Positions 1 to 8,378 of a DNA stretch of 64,000 bases are shown here, piece after piece (position 1 is the stretch's first letter; each line of letters opens with the position of its first letter). The translations under genes and the position numbers were made by a program. Source of the stretch: Nitrospirota bacterium (lineage in GTDB: Bacteria; Nitrospirota; Nitrospiria; Nitrospirales; Nitrospiraceae); assembly GCA_963703955.1 (NCBI GenBank), contig CAVPGK010000026.1, positions 1 through 64,000 of the forward strand. The letters are read 5' to 3'. Under the pieces are notes generated by a model. That model was not told the origin of the DNA and made no database searches. It was given only the letters and a program-made list of their open reading frames with translations.

Positions 1-117
1 AGGAGTCCGTGACAGCGAAATTGCAATTAAACCTCGCAACAGAGTGCTGGCATGGTCCTGGAAAATGAATCAGATATTGTTAAACAGTCAAAGACGTTAG
101 CTAACGAGGGCTGAGCG

Positions 118-549
118 ATGGGCCTTATTGAGGATGCGATCAAGCTTGTTCTCTCAGCCGTCCGGACATTCAGCGACGCAACGAGGCTGAAAGAGTTCAA
201 AAAATTGCGAGATGAAATCTTTGTGGCCCTTGAGTACTACTCTAACGTAGATACATCTATTGGAATCCTTTCTAGGGACCACAGCCCGAAGTGGCGCAAG
301 AGGCCAAGGAAACCTATCGTCAGTTTGCTGCTCGCCTTGTCGTCTATAAGAATTTACCCTTCCATACGCTGTTGGGGCTTCCCTCGGGCCGAATACTTGG
401 AGATCGCGAAAGCGAACCTTGTCCAACTCTCCAGGGAGAGCGGGAAGCCGGAGGCGGCTGTGGCGAACTACGACCGGCAAGCCAACGTCCGGGAGGCACT
501 CAAAACCACATGGGGCGCGCGAAAGATCAAAAAGAGGATTGCGCTATGA
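118..549 (+). CDS. Hypothetical island protein, probably with two compensating frameshifts around 285-385
   Basis: 143-aa ORF. The middle segment reads more naturally in the alternative frame (VAQEAKETYRQFAARLVVYKNLPFHTLLGLP). Confidence 0.5.
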   Translation: MGLIEDAIKLVLSAVRTFSDATRLKEFKKLRDEIFVALEYYSNVDTSIGILSRDHSPKWRKRPRKPIVSLLLALSSIRIYPSIRCWGFPRAEYLEIAKANLVQLSRESGKPEAAVANYDRQANVREALKTTWGARKIKKRIAL

Positions 550-750
550 ATGGACCGCGTCACACAACAGGAGGGCTGAATCATGAAAGGCTGTCTCAGA
601 CACAGGGGAAGGAGACTCGGCGATGACTGAACACAAAGCGAGAAAACCACCAGGGAGTTGAGGGTGGAATGGTGGCTTAGACTTTGACCTGCGGTTTACT
701 AGTTTGCTGCGGCCCAAAATGGCTCGACACGACAATGAGTTAGATGGGGT

Positions 751-769
751 TGCTACCATGGTGCTACCA
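751..769 (-). repeat. Two direct TGGTAGCA repeats (integrase arm-site-like)
   Basis: TGCTACCA at 751-758 and 762-769, inverted relative to the three copies at 3855-3883. Confidence 0.6.
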
Positions 770-785
770 ACATGAGACAGATCAG

Positions 786-957
786 AACCGACCGAAAAGA
801 TCGTCCACGGTAATACGACCCACGGTCTTGCCGTGATGAAAAAGGACCTAAAGACCCTCGGTGGGCGGGCGATCGACAGACGAACAACGCTAGGCAAGGC
901 GCTGGATCAGTGGCGATCCGATCTATGCTGCACAGGTGGCCTGCAGCACACTTATTA
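786..957 (+). pseudogene. Truncated remnant of a probable mobile-element gene
   Basis: Open frame (EPTEKIVHGNTTHGLAVMKKDLKTLGGRAIDRRTTLGKALDQWRSDL) with an in-frame stop just upstream and no convincing start; it runs into the attI-like motif. Confidence 0.35.
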
Positions 958-964
958 GTTAGGC
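944..964 (+). other. attI-like site, partial copy
   Basis: CAGCACACTTATTAGTTAGGC aligns without gaps to 2164-2184 and to the reconstructed empty IS110 site; it ends in GTTRRRY 10 nt before a gene start. Confidence 0.55.
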
Positions 965-974
965 GGACAGAATT

Positions 975-1584
975 GTGGCATTCAGAGTTGCCCAGGACAT
1001 CGTCACGGAATTCCACCGGCGTCATTCGACCAGCCATCGGATATGGGAGTACCAAGCTGCGACACTGCGCTACGCGGCCGAGGTCCTGTTCCGACAAGCG
1101 TTCGTTGACACGGCCGTGCAGCTTCGGCATCGTAGGCGGAAGGCACTACGCCCCTCGCTAAATGGCCCTGGTTACATGCTAGCCGGAATGATGATCGAGG
1201 CTGCGGCGAAGGCCGTGCTCGTCTCTCGGTCGACCCACGTTTTGTCAAATGACATGCGAAAGCATGATCTTCTCAAGATCGTCAAGGCGACAGGTTACGT
1301 GCCGACGCCGGTCGAGCGAGACATGTTGAGACGCCTTACGGCGTTTGTACGCTGGGCGGGCAGAATACCCTGCCCCGTTGAAACTGGACGAAATGGCTGT
1401 CGAAAGTGCTGACGGCGGCCGCAGTCTAGTTGGAGGCGGTATCCTTGGCGCCGATCTGCGGGGTGCGCGTCAGATCGTCGACAAACTGGAGGCGATGCTA
1501 CCGGGCGAACGTATACGCAAGGGAATGCGGTTGCCCTCTGGCGGCGCGAGCATCAATCCTTGGCGACGTAAGCGTCCTCGGTAG
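975..1584 (+). pseudogene. HEPN-like hypothetical protein with one frameshift near 1365 (possibly a sequence error)
   Basis: Motif pattern ML.G..IE...KA, HDL..I, WAGR/YP; removing one A joins ORFs 975-1412 and 1345-1584 into ...VRWAGRYPAPL. Confidence 0.5.
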
Positions 1585-1794
1585 ACTGTAACAAAACTCA
1601 TGCTGGATTCCATCGACAATTGGCTTCTGAGGCAACCGAACCTCATCAATGCGCGCCGTCGTGCGATGCTTCCGGTGGTCGTGTGCGGCAACAGCTCTCA
1701 GATGCCTTGAGTAAATACCTCTGCTCCCTCGGTTTGGAGCGGCGGCCGAAGCAAGGCGGAACGTTAAGGGACTTACTGGCACGACCGACATCGT

Positions 1795-1900
1795 CTCAGG
1801 ACACCCCGCCAAACGCGCCACAACGCGATGGAGCAGAAGTTTCCGTTCAGGCCGATGGGCAGGCAGAGTAAGCATGGAACTTCTTGCGCCGCAACTCTTG
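1795..1900 (+). repeat. ~105-bp dispersed direct repeat, copy 1
   Basis: First 40 bp identical to 3332-3371, then a diverged but alignable continuation. Confidence 0.9.
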
Positions 1901-2051
1901 TCCCACACAAAACCATCTCCCGCCATCACATCGCCACAACACGTTGTAGAGTGTTTGATCCAATTCCGTCCCTGTCAAAACGATCGCTCCCGATGGTTAG
2001 GTTATAGTGAGAGAGGAGAGACTTGAGTCCTTCGCAGGTATAACGGAACTA

Positions 2052-2184
2052 TGCCGGTCTGTATGGCACGCCAACCCGGCGTTGTGGATGGGGTTGACAA
2101 ATCTATGGACCAACACGAGAATTGCGCCGGAGTTGGCACGAGGTATCTGCGTACTGTGCCGGTCAGTATACTCAGTAGTTAGGC
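2052..2184 (+). promoter_or_regulatory. Pc-like promoter + attI-like module, intact copy
   Basis: TTGACA (2094-2099), 17 bp, GAGAAT (2117-2122); direct repeats TGCCGGTCWGTAT at 2052 and 2157; ends in GTTAGGC; homologous to 15814-15690 on the minus strand. Confidence 0.7.
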
Positions 2185-2200
2185 ATCAAGGAATACACCC

Positions 2201-3238
2201 GTGGAACTACCTGGCGAGAAGCTGTTGATCAAGCTTTGGGAGACCCTTGCCGAGAAAGGCGTCGGATCCTTGCTTTCGCCGTGGCAGACCATCCGTGAAG
2301 GCAAAGCACGAAACGAGGTGCGGAAGCACGAACTACTTCTGGCTGCGCAGGCTGAGGCAGATGTCGCAGAGGTGCGCGCGGGGCGGAAGCGACTTCAGCC
2401 CGACGGAACGCTTCTTCAGCTTCCTGCTCCTGGCGAGGCCCCTGCTGTCCGCTTGCTTCAACAGGATGGACGGATCGAGCCCGCTCTTGATCTCAAGTTA
2501 TTTGCGCAAGCTGCGCTAACAAGCGGGGCCACAGAAGCAGCCCGAACCGAAATAAATGCAAGTAAGGCTATTATCTACGCCGAAGACCTTCTCGCGGATG
2601 ACGCTCAAACACCGCCCGACCGCAAACTCGATGAGGATTGGCTCTTTACCTGGCGTGACCACGCCGGCAGAGTGTCAAGCGAAGATTTACAGCGGTCTTT
2701 GGGAAGGGTGCTAGCCGGCGAGGTCAAGTCGCCTGGCTGCTGTTCTATTCGCACGTTGGATTTTCTGCGATCGTTGTCACGGGAGGAAGCTGAGGAGATA
2801 TCGAAACTCGCATGCTTCGTAGTCGAGAGGCAGATTATTCGAGATCAGAACCAGTATCTAGAAGAGCGCGGTGTTACCCTCGACCTGCTTCTACGCATGC
2901 GGGAACTCGGCGTAGTTTTGGGCGTTGAGGCGATTGGGTTGGAAACGGCTTTCCGTACGCAAGTCCCTGGCAAGTTCTTGCGCGCGTTGCGCTCGCACAG
3001 TAAAGCCCTCATCGTCGAGCACGAAGACGCGACGCGCGACCTGAAGCTGAAGGTTTACCCCCTCACATCTGTTGGCGCGCAACTTCTGGGTCTTGGCAGC
3101 TTCACTCCTGATGTTGAATACCTCAAGCGGGTTGGCAAGGTTATCGCTAGCCAAGGCTATACAGTACTTCTAGCAGACTGGCGACAGATCTCCGAGCGTG
3201 AAGGCCAATACTTTAACAAAGCAAAGATTGATGCCTAA
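2201..3238 (+). CDS. DUF2806-like protein in an integron-type gene cassette
   Basis: 345 aa with DEDWL..W...A..VSSEDLQ...VLAGEVKSPG..S.RTL; bounded by GTTAGGCATCAA and its reverse complement TTGATGCCTAAC, which overlaps the stop codon. Confidence 0.8.
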   Translation: MELPGEKLLIKLWETLAEKGVGSLLSPWQTIREGKARNEVRKHELLLAAQAEADVAEVRAGRKRLQPDGTLLQLPAPGEAPAVRLLQQDGRIEPALDLKLFAQAALTSGATEAARTEINASKAIIYAEDLLADDAQTPPDRKLDEDWLFTWRDHAGRVSSEDLQRSLGRVLAGEVKSPGCCSIRTLDFLRSLSREEAEEISKLACFVVERQIIRDQNQYLEERGVTLDLLLRMRELGVVLGVEAIGLETAFRTQVPGKFLRALRSHSKALIVEHEDATRDLKLKVYPLTSVGAQLLGLGSFTPDVEYLKRVGKVIASQGYTVLLADWRQISEREGQYFNKAKIDA

Positions 3239-3331
3239 CCCTTCCTTCTAGTGACGACTGTTGGTTACCATGCACTACTTGGCAAATCAAAGGGCCTGTG
3301 TACTATGGGTTACCAACCCAACGTGCCATGC

Positions 3332-3437
3332 CTCAGGACACCCCGCCAAACGCGCCACAACGCGATGGAGCGGCACTTCACATGCAGGCCGATGGAGAGG
3401 CAGGGTAAACAAGGAACATTTCGCGCTGCAACGTGTT
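3332..3437 (+). repeat. ~105-bp dispersed direct repeat, copy 2
   Basis: Aligns to 1795-1900. Confidence 0.9.
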
Positions 3438-3607
3438 GCTACGGGGCTTCCCCTTCAGGCTCTTTTTGGCTCGTCCTGCTCTATCGGACCATCTTACGCT
3501 CCCCATAATCGGTACGCTGCTGGTTGAAGACACCGCAATTCGCAAATCTCAAGATCATTAACAGGTGAGATTTTTCAGTTAAGCCGATCTCCGCAGCAGA
3601 TCAAGCC

Positions 3608-3850
3608 ATGCGTCTTCTGAAGAAGGCGAAGCTTCCGCTCCACTTCTCGCCGCACTGTCTCCGTCATACGTATGCGTCGATTCTGTTGGCGGATGGCGTG
3701 AGTCCGGTTTACGTACAAGAGCAGTTGGGCCATGCGACGATTGAACTGACGGTCTCGACCTATGGCCGATGGTTGAAAAAGAAAGCGCCCGGCGCGCTGG
3801 ATCGACTCGACGCTGCCGAGGATTACGTAGAAGCCGAGGGGGGCCTCACC
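3608..3850 (+). pseudogene. C-terminal fragment of a phage-type tyrosine integrase
   Basis: HCLRHTYAS, LGH and catalytic Y (TVSTY) motifs; N-terminal part missing; next to the tRNA 3' end. The ORF extension through the tRNA is not credible. Confidence 0.85.
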
Positions 3851-3854
3851 CACG

Positions 3855-3883
3855 TGGTAGCAGGTGGTAGCAAAGTGGTAGCA
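3855..3883 (+). repeat. Three direct TGGTAGCA repeats (putative integrase arm sites)
   Basis: Copies start at 3855, 3865 and 3876, between the integrase remnant and the tRNA 3' end. Confidence 0.7.
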
Positions 3884-3953
3884 ACAGCGGGTTATGCACA
3901 GAATCCCCAGACCGGAACCATTCTGCAACTACCTGAAATGGCAAAGGAAAATT

Positions 3954-4030
3954 TGGTGGCCCCGACACGAATTGAACGTGCGACACGCGGTTTAGGAAAC
4001 CGCTGCTCTATCCAACTGAGCTACGGGGCC
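3954..4030 (-). tRNA. tRNA-Arg(CCT)
   Basis: Acceptor stem GGCCCCG/CGGGGCC, anticodon arm GCGGT-TTCCTAA-ACCGC, T-loop GTTCAATT, encoded CCA. Confidence 0.97.
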
Positions 4031-4083
4031 ACGAGATCTACAACATGACGCGTTAACGAGAGTCGGACACTGCTTCGAACTGC

Positions 4084-4494
4084 TCAGCGATTCGTCTCGT
4101 CTCGCTTGCAGCTTGATTCCGCCATCATGCGCTGTCCGGCGCTTGCATCGCGTGGAATCCGATTCATGCACGTCTGCAGCGTATCCCCCTCCGTTCCCGA
4201 GGCAACCTGCTGAGAGTCCGTGCGCGCGGTTCCATAATCACGGGTGCAGGTCTGTTCCGCGACCGAGCGCTGCCCGGGCGTCGCGTCTTTCGGGATCCGT
4301 GCGATGCAGGTTTGCAGCGGATTGGTCGGTGCCTGGCGACCGCCGGTCGCGGTCGCGCCTCCGCCCGTCGCAGGTGCGCTGGTTGCAGCCGTGCCTCCGC
4401 CCGTCCCAGGTCGGCTGCTCTCTTGCGAGGCGCAAGCACTGAGGAGACCGGCTGCCATCATGGAAATGATCATACCGGATCGAATCACCGTCAT
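4084..4494 (-). CDS. Lipoprotein with two Cys-containing repeats
   Basis: AAGGAGG RBS, lipobox LSAC, G/T/A-rich linker, and LQTC..RIP.DA..GQR..AE..C.RD twice. Confidence 0.8.
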   Translation of the reverse strand: MTVIRSGMIISMMAAGLLSACASQESSRPGTGGGTAATSAPATGGGATATGGRQAPTNPLQTCIARIPKDATPGQRSVAEQTCTRDYGTARTDSQQVASGTEGDTLQTCMNRIPRDASAGQRMMAESSCKRDETNR

Positions 4495-4564
4495 AATATC
4501 CTCCTTTGCGAACGAAGCGCGTGATTATACGAGGACATACGCAACAAACAACGCGGTCGAACGA

Positions 4565-5932
4565 TTACGTCCCCCCTTGTTGAGCCTGAATGAGCTCCCG
4601 TTTGGCAGGCACCTGCGTCAAAAGGTCCGATCGAGCCTGATAGATACCCGAGAGCGACTTTCCCGTCGCGTAGACTAATCCGCCCGCCTTCGTCCCGAGC
4701 ACCAGCCGGCCGCTTTGCTTGCCGTCCTTACCGGTGGCTACAAATTCGGCGGCCGGAGAGGCCAGCCCGTAAGGCGTCAATGGGGCCGCCTGTTTCACGA
4801 CGCGCAGCTCGGCGGGCAGGTCCGCCACTCGACTCACAAAAACTGCGGCTTTCTCCTGGTCCACCTTTTCGTTCGGTATGTCTTCCAGGACCCAGACCGA
4901 ATTCTGGCGGATCAGCGTGTAGGCCTCGTCGCGGGTCTTGACAGCCAGTATGGCGATGTTCTCCGCATCCAGACCGAGCAACCGCTTATCTTGTAACGCA
5001 AAGAGGTCCTTGTTCAAGTCCTTTATTATCGTAGGATTGATCCGATAGATCGGCGCTTCCGGGGTGGTCAGCGCGTACGCTTCACCGCTGGAGCGATCGG
5101 GCCTGAACAGTTTGACCGTCTGATCCGCTCCCCCCGCATATACGGTGATCTTGAGCTCAGGCTTTTTGAGGATCTGCATCAAGGCGTCTTGCTCCGGTCC
5201 CGGATCGACGAAGGACAGCGCTTTCAAATCCTCGAGCTTCATCAATAATGTCCGCACCGCCGGCTGATCGGCCGCCGCTTCAATCGGGTAGCGGATCGCC
5301 CATTTTTTCTTCGCGTCCTTCTCTTCAGTCCGGTACAGGACGATCTCGGTCGGCGGGTAGGTGAGCCGCAGCCGTTCGACCTGGCTTTGGTCAAAGCGGA
5401 GGACTTCCTTTTTCCGGAACGTGATCAGTGACTTGTTGAGAAAGTCCTTCGGCGTAAGATCGGTCAGCAGAATTTTGCGGTCGGAACCCCGCATCGCATA
5501 GAGCGTGGAGGAAATGGGCCCACTGTCACCCAGCGATAAGGTTTCCTGACCGGTGTTCGTGGTGACGGTCAACACCACGACGGGTTTCTCGAGTCCGAAT
5601 GGCGCGAGGGTAGATGCCGTTTCTTCGACGACGCGGTTGACCTTTCCGAGCGTCAGCGCGCGGATCATGGCCTCCACGGTTCGCGAATCCGCATCGGTTT
5701 CCAGCGGCTCGGTGATCCTCCACCTTCCTTCCTTCGCAGCGAGAGTCACCTTTTCTGCTTCCCCCATGATGGTCAGGCCGGTGATCTCCTGTTCTTGAAA
5801 AGGGAGAATCCTCTTTTCCTGGGCTTCCGTCTGAGTCTGCGCCCGTTCCGTGGGCAATTCGATGACGTACACGTATGCGATCAATCCTGCCAGTGCGAGA
5901 GCCATCAGAATGGTGAGCCGGTGTCTTCTCAT
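4565..5932 (-). CDS. DUF4340-domain protein
   Basis: N-terminal TM helix, repeated W.I..P...AD and FGL..P motifs; last gene of the Gld-type ABC operon. Confidence 0.8.
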   Translation of the reverse strand: MRRHRLTILMALALAGLIAYVYVIELPTERAQTQTEAQEKRILPFQEQEITGLTIMGEAEKVTLAAKEGRWRITEPLETDADSRTVEAMIRALTLGKVNRVVEETASTLAPFGLEKPVVVLTVTTNTGQETLSLGDSGPISSTLYAMRGSDRKILLTDLTPKDFLNKSLITFRKKEVLRFDQSQVERLRLTYPPTEIVLYRTEEKDAKKKWAIRYPIEAAADQPAVRTLLMKLEDLKALSFVDPGPEQDALMQILKKPELKITVYAGGADQTVKLFRPDRSSGEAYALTTPEAPIYRINPTIIKDLNKDLFALQDKRLLGLDAENIAILAVKTRDEAYTLIRQNSVWVLEDIPNEKVDQEKAAVFVSRVADLPAELRVVKQAAPLTPYGLASPAAEFVATGKDGKQSGRLVLGTKAGGLVYATGKSLSGIYQARSDLLTQVPAKRELIQAQQGGT

Positions 5933-6034
5933 ACCGTCACATGCCGGCGCGAGGTAGGGGCTGGGCCAGTGGTTGATGTAGCAACGGGAAGAAAGTTCTT
6001 CAAGCCTCTTGCCTCTCACCTCGCCCTTCCGTGG

Positions 6035-7558
6035 CTATAGGCGGCGGCGGCGGCGCCATATGGCCATACCCCAGAGGAACGTCAGGGATGGAAGCAACAG
6101 CACTTGAACATAGAGAAGGATGCGTTCCTGGGACGGATTCGGGATGAATGGCCGGAAGGCCGGTTCCTTGGGGGTAATCGAGATCAGGTCTCGCTCTTCG
6201 GCCAGCCATCCCAGGGCATGCAGTAAGAAGTCCGTGTTACCGGGAAAATTGACATAGGCGTTGCTCGCAAATGAAGAATTGCCGACCACAACGATGGCGG
6301 CACGAGGCTTTCCCTCTTCAACCGGTTTTTTGGGGGTGAGCGCGGCAGCCAGCGGCAGCGGTCCTTGCACGTCGTCTTTGGCGCTGTAGCTGACGACACG
6401 GCCTTTGAGGTCGGTCTCAGCCCAGCTTCTGGGCGATGTGCGGGCCAGCGGAACGAAATCCCATTCCTTGCCGGCTTCATCATGAAAGACTAGATGCCGG
6501 GAGACCGGAAAGAGCACTGCAAAGGTAAAATCCTGGGTGATCTCGTGTTCCGTGAAAGTCCGCACCATCAACGCAGTCAAATCGCCTTGTGCGAGTCGGT
6601 CCTGCAGATCCACCAGAACACCCTTGCCCGCTTCGAGACCCCATCGGCGCAGCAACGGGTCGAGCTCGGACTGCGTGTCGGGATCGATCAGCAGCAACAC
6701 GTGTCCTCCGGCTTCGACGAAGCGACCGATGCGGTCCTGTTCTTCCTTCGTGACCGGACGGCGAGGACCGGCCAGTACGAGAACAGCCGTGTTCTCCGGC
6801 ACCTGACTTTCCTGCAGCAAGGAGACGGGTTCGACCTCGTAGCCCTGTTTCGTCAAGGCTTCTTTCATCAGCGAGAGCCCCCCGCGCTCCTGATCGGTCA
6901 GGCTTCGCTCGCCGTGTCCATCGAGAAACCGGATGTGCTTCTTCCTGTCCTTTGACACGCGGATCAGCGCGCTGGTCAGTTCAGCCTCCGAGGGTACGGT
7001 GACACGGGTGGTCTGCGAGCCACTTTCCAGCACAGCGGTATCAGTCCGCGTAATCCCGTACTGACGGGCGACGCCGGGCCGTCGTTCAGGGTCCACAAAC
7101 TCGACCTTGAACTTGTCGCTGGCCTGGCGGTAGCTGTCGAGCAGGTCGTGGTACAGATTGAACGACTGGCTCCGATCTTGAGAGAAGACGGTCACCTTGA
7201 CCTCTTGCGTAAGACCCCGGAGGACTTGGTAGGTCTGCGGGGCCAAGGTGAAGTGTTGTGTTTCGGAGAGGTCCCATCGCTTGGAATGGCGGGCCGCCAA
7301 AAAGTTGAGGATCACGAGAATGCCGGTAAAGAGGACGACCATCAAGATACTGTTCATCCCTAACCGAGTCGAGCGCCGGGTCGAGAAGGCCTTGACCGTT
7401 TCAAAGTGAATCACGAAGAAGGCGACGAGACAAACCAGCGCCAGCCCTTCCAGAAGGGTCACCAACCATAGCTTGTCCGGTGCGATGCTATAGGCGACCA
7501 GGCCACCAAGTGCCAATCCCGCACCGATCGCACCGATCGCAGGCGTCACCCGACTCAT
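6035..7558 (-). CDS. GldG-family ABC transporter auxiliary protein
   Basis: RWDLS....TL, DP..P..A..YG, F..GHGE and GNTDF motifs; C-terminal TM followed by WRRRR. Confidence 0.85.
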   Translation of the reverse strand: MSRVTPAIGAIGAGLALGGLVAYSIAPDKLWLVTLLEGLALVCLVAFFVIHFETVKAFSTRRSTRLGMNSILMVVLFTGILVILNFLAARHSKRWDLSETQHFTLAPQTYQVLRGLTQEVKVTVFSQDRSQSFNLYHDLLDSYRQASDKFKVEFVDPERRPGVARQYGITRTDTAVLESGSQTTRVTVPSEAELTSALIRVSKDRKKHIRFLDGHGERSLTDQERGGLSLMKEALTKQGYEVEPVSLLQESQVPENTAVLVLAGPRRPVTKEEQDRIGRFVEAGGHVLLLIDPDTQSELDPLLRRWGLEAGKGVLVDLQDRLAQGDLTALMVRTFTEHEITQDFTFAVLFPVSRHLVFHDEAGKEWDFVPLARTSPRSWAETDLKGRVVSYSAKDDVQGPLPLAAALTPKKPVEEGKPRAAIVVVGNSSFASNAYVNFPGNTDFLLHALGWLAEERDLISITPKEPAFRPFIPNPSQERILLYVQVLLLPSLTFLWGMAIWRRRRRL

Positions 7559-7607
7559 AGTTGCAAACTCACCTTTCTCCAAGGGAGGGCCCTGGCCCTC
7601 CCTCCTC

Positions 7608-8378
7608 CTATTTCCACCGCTGTGACTCCACCACCCGATGGGCAAGAAACAACATCAGAATAATCCCGCTGACGTAGTAGATAAGATCTTTGCTGTCCAC
7701 AAGTCCGCGAACCAACCGGTCGTGATGCTCCAAGAACGAGAGATAGGAAATACTGTTGCCAAGCGACGTATCTCCGACGATCCCTCCCAGCGCCCCCATC
7801 AGCCAAACGAGGATCAGCAGACCGAAACTCAGAAACGCCGCCACAATCTGATTCTCCGTCGTGGCCGACGCGAAAACTCCCGTCGCAAGGAATAAGCCGC
7901 CCAGCAAGGTCAATCCCAGATATCCGGTGAAGACAGGGTTCCAATCGAAACTGCTGAATAATGAGAGAACGATCGGTGCGATGCTCGTAAGCATCAGCAA
8001 ACCGAGGAAGATCAGGTACGCTCCAAGAAATTTCCCAACCACCACTTCGTTCATCCCCACCGGGGAGGTCATGAGTAACTCGAAAGTTTTTAGTTTGCGC
8101 TCTTCCGCGAAGAGACGCATGGTCAAGATAGGAAGAACAAACAGCAGCACCAGCGCCATGCTGTAAAACAGTTGCCGGAACACGAGGTCATTCAGATTCA
8201 ACTGGGCAGCGGCCCCCTGAACCTGCATATAACGAACGGCAACCGTTCCGGCATTGACGACCGCTGAATAGGCCAGGAACCCAAAAATCAACAGAAAGAT
8301 TGAGCCCACCACGTATACAACCGGCGAAACGAAATAGGAGCGGAGTTCCTTGGCGACAATCGCGTTGACGGGCGTCAT
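7608..8378 (-). CDS. ABC-2 permease (GldF-like)
   Basis: KELRSYFVSP, TMRLFAEERK..T.ELL.TSP, multiple TM helices. Confidence 0.9.
   Translation of the reverse strand: MTPVNAIVAKELRSYFVSPVVYVVGSIFLLIFGFLAYSAVVNAGTVAVRYMQVQGAAAQLNLNDLVFRQLFYSMALVLLFVLPILTMRLFAEERKLKTFELLMTSPVGMNEVVVGKFLGAYLIFLGLLMLTSIAPIVLSLFSSFDWNPVFTGYLGLTLLGGLFLATGVFASATTENQIVAAFLSFGLLILVWLMGALGGIVGDTSLGNSISYLSFLEHHDRLVRGLVDSKDLIYYVSGIILMLFLAHRVVESQRWK

Noticed and set aside
78..106. GTTAAAC and the GTTAGCTAAC palindrome as a cassette boundary for ORF 118-549
   Set aside because: No matching inverse core after the gene and no attC or attI-like context.
2059..2074. LexA box in the Pc-attI module
   Set aside because: Only the CTGTAT half matches in both copies; the nearby TACTG/CAGTA pair has 7-bp rather than 10-bp spacing.
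3608..3850. Integrase fragment as the missing integron integrase
   Set aside because: It lacks the IntI-type GYDIRTVQELLGH..TTMIYTH pattern, abuts a tRNA and lies downstream of the cassettes in the same orientation; it is phage-type.
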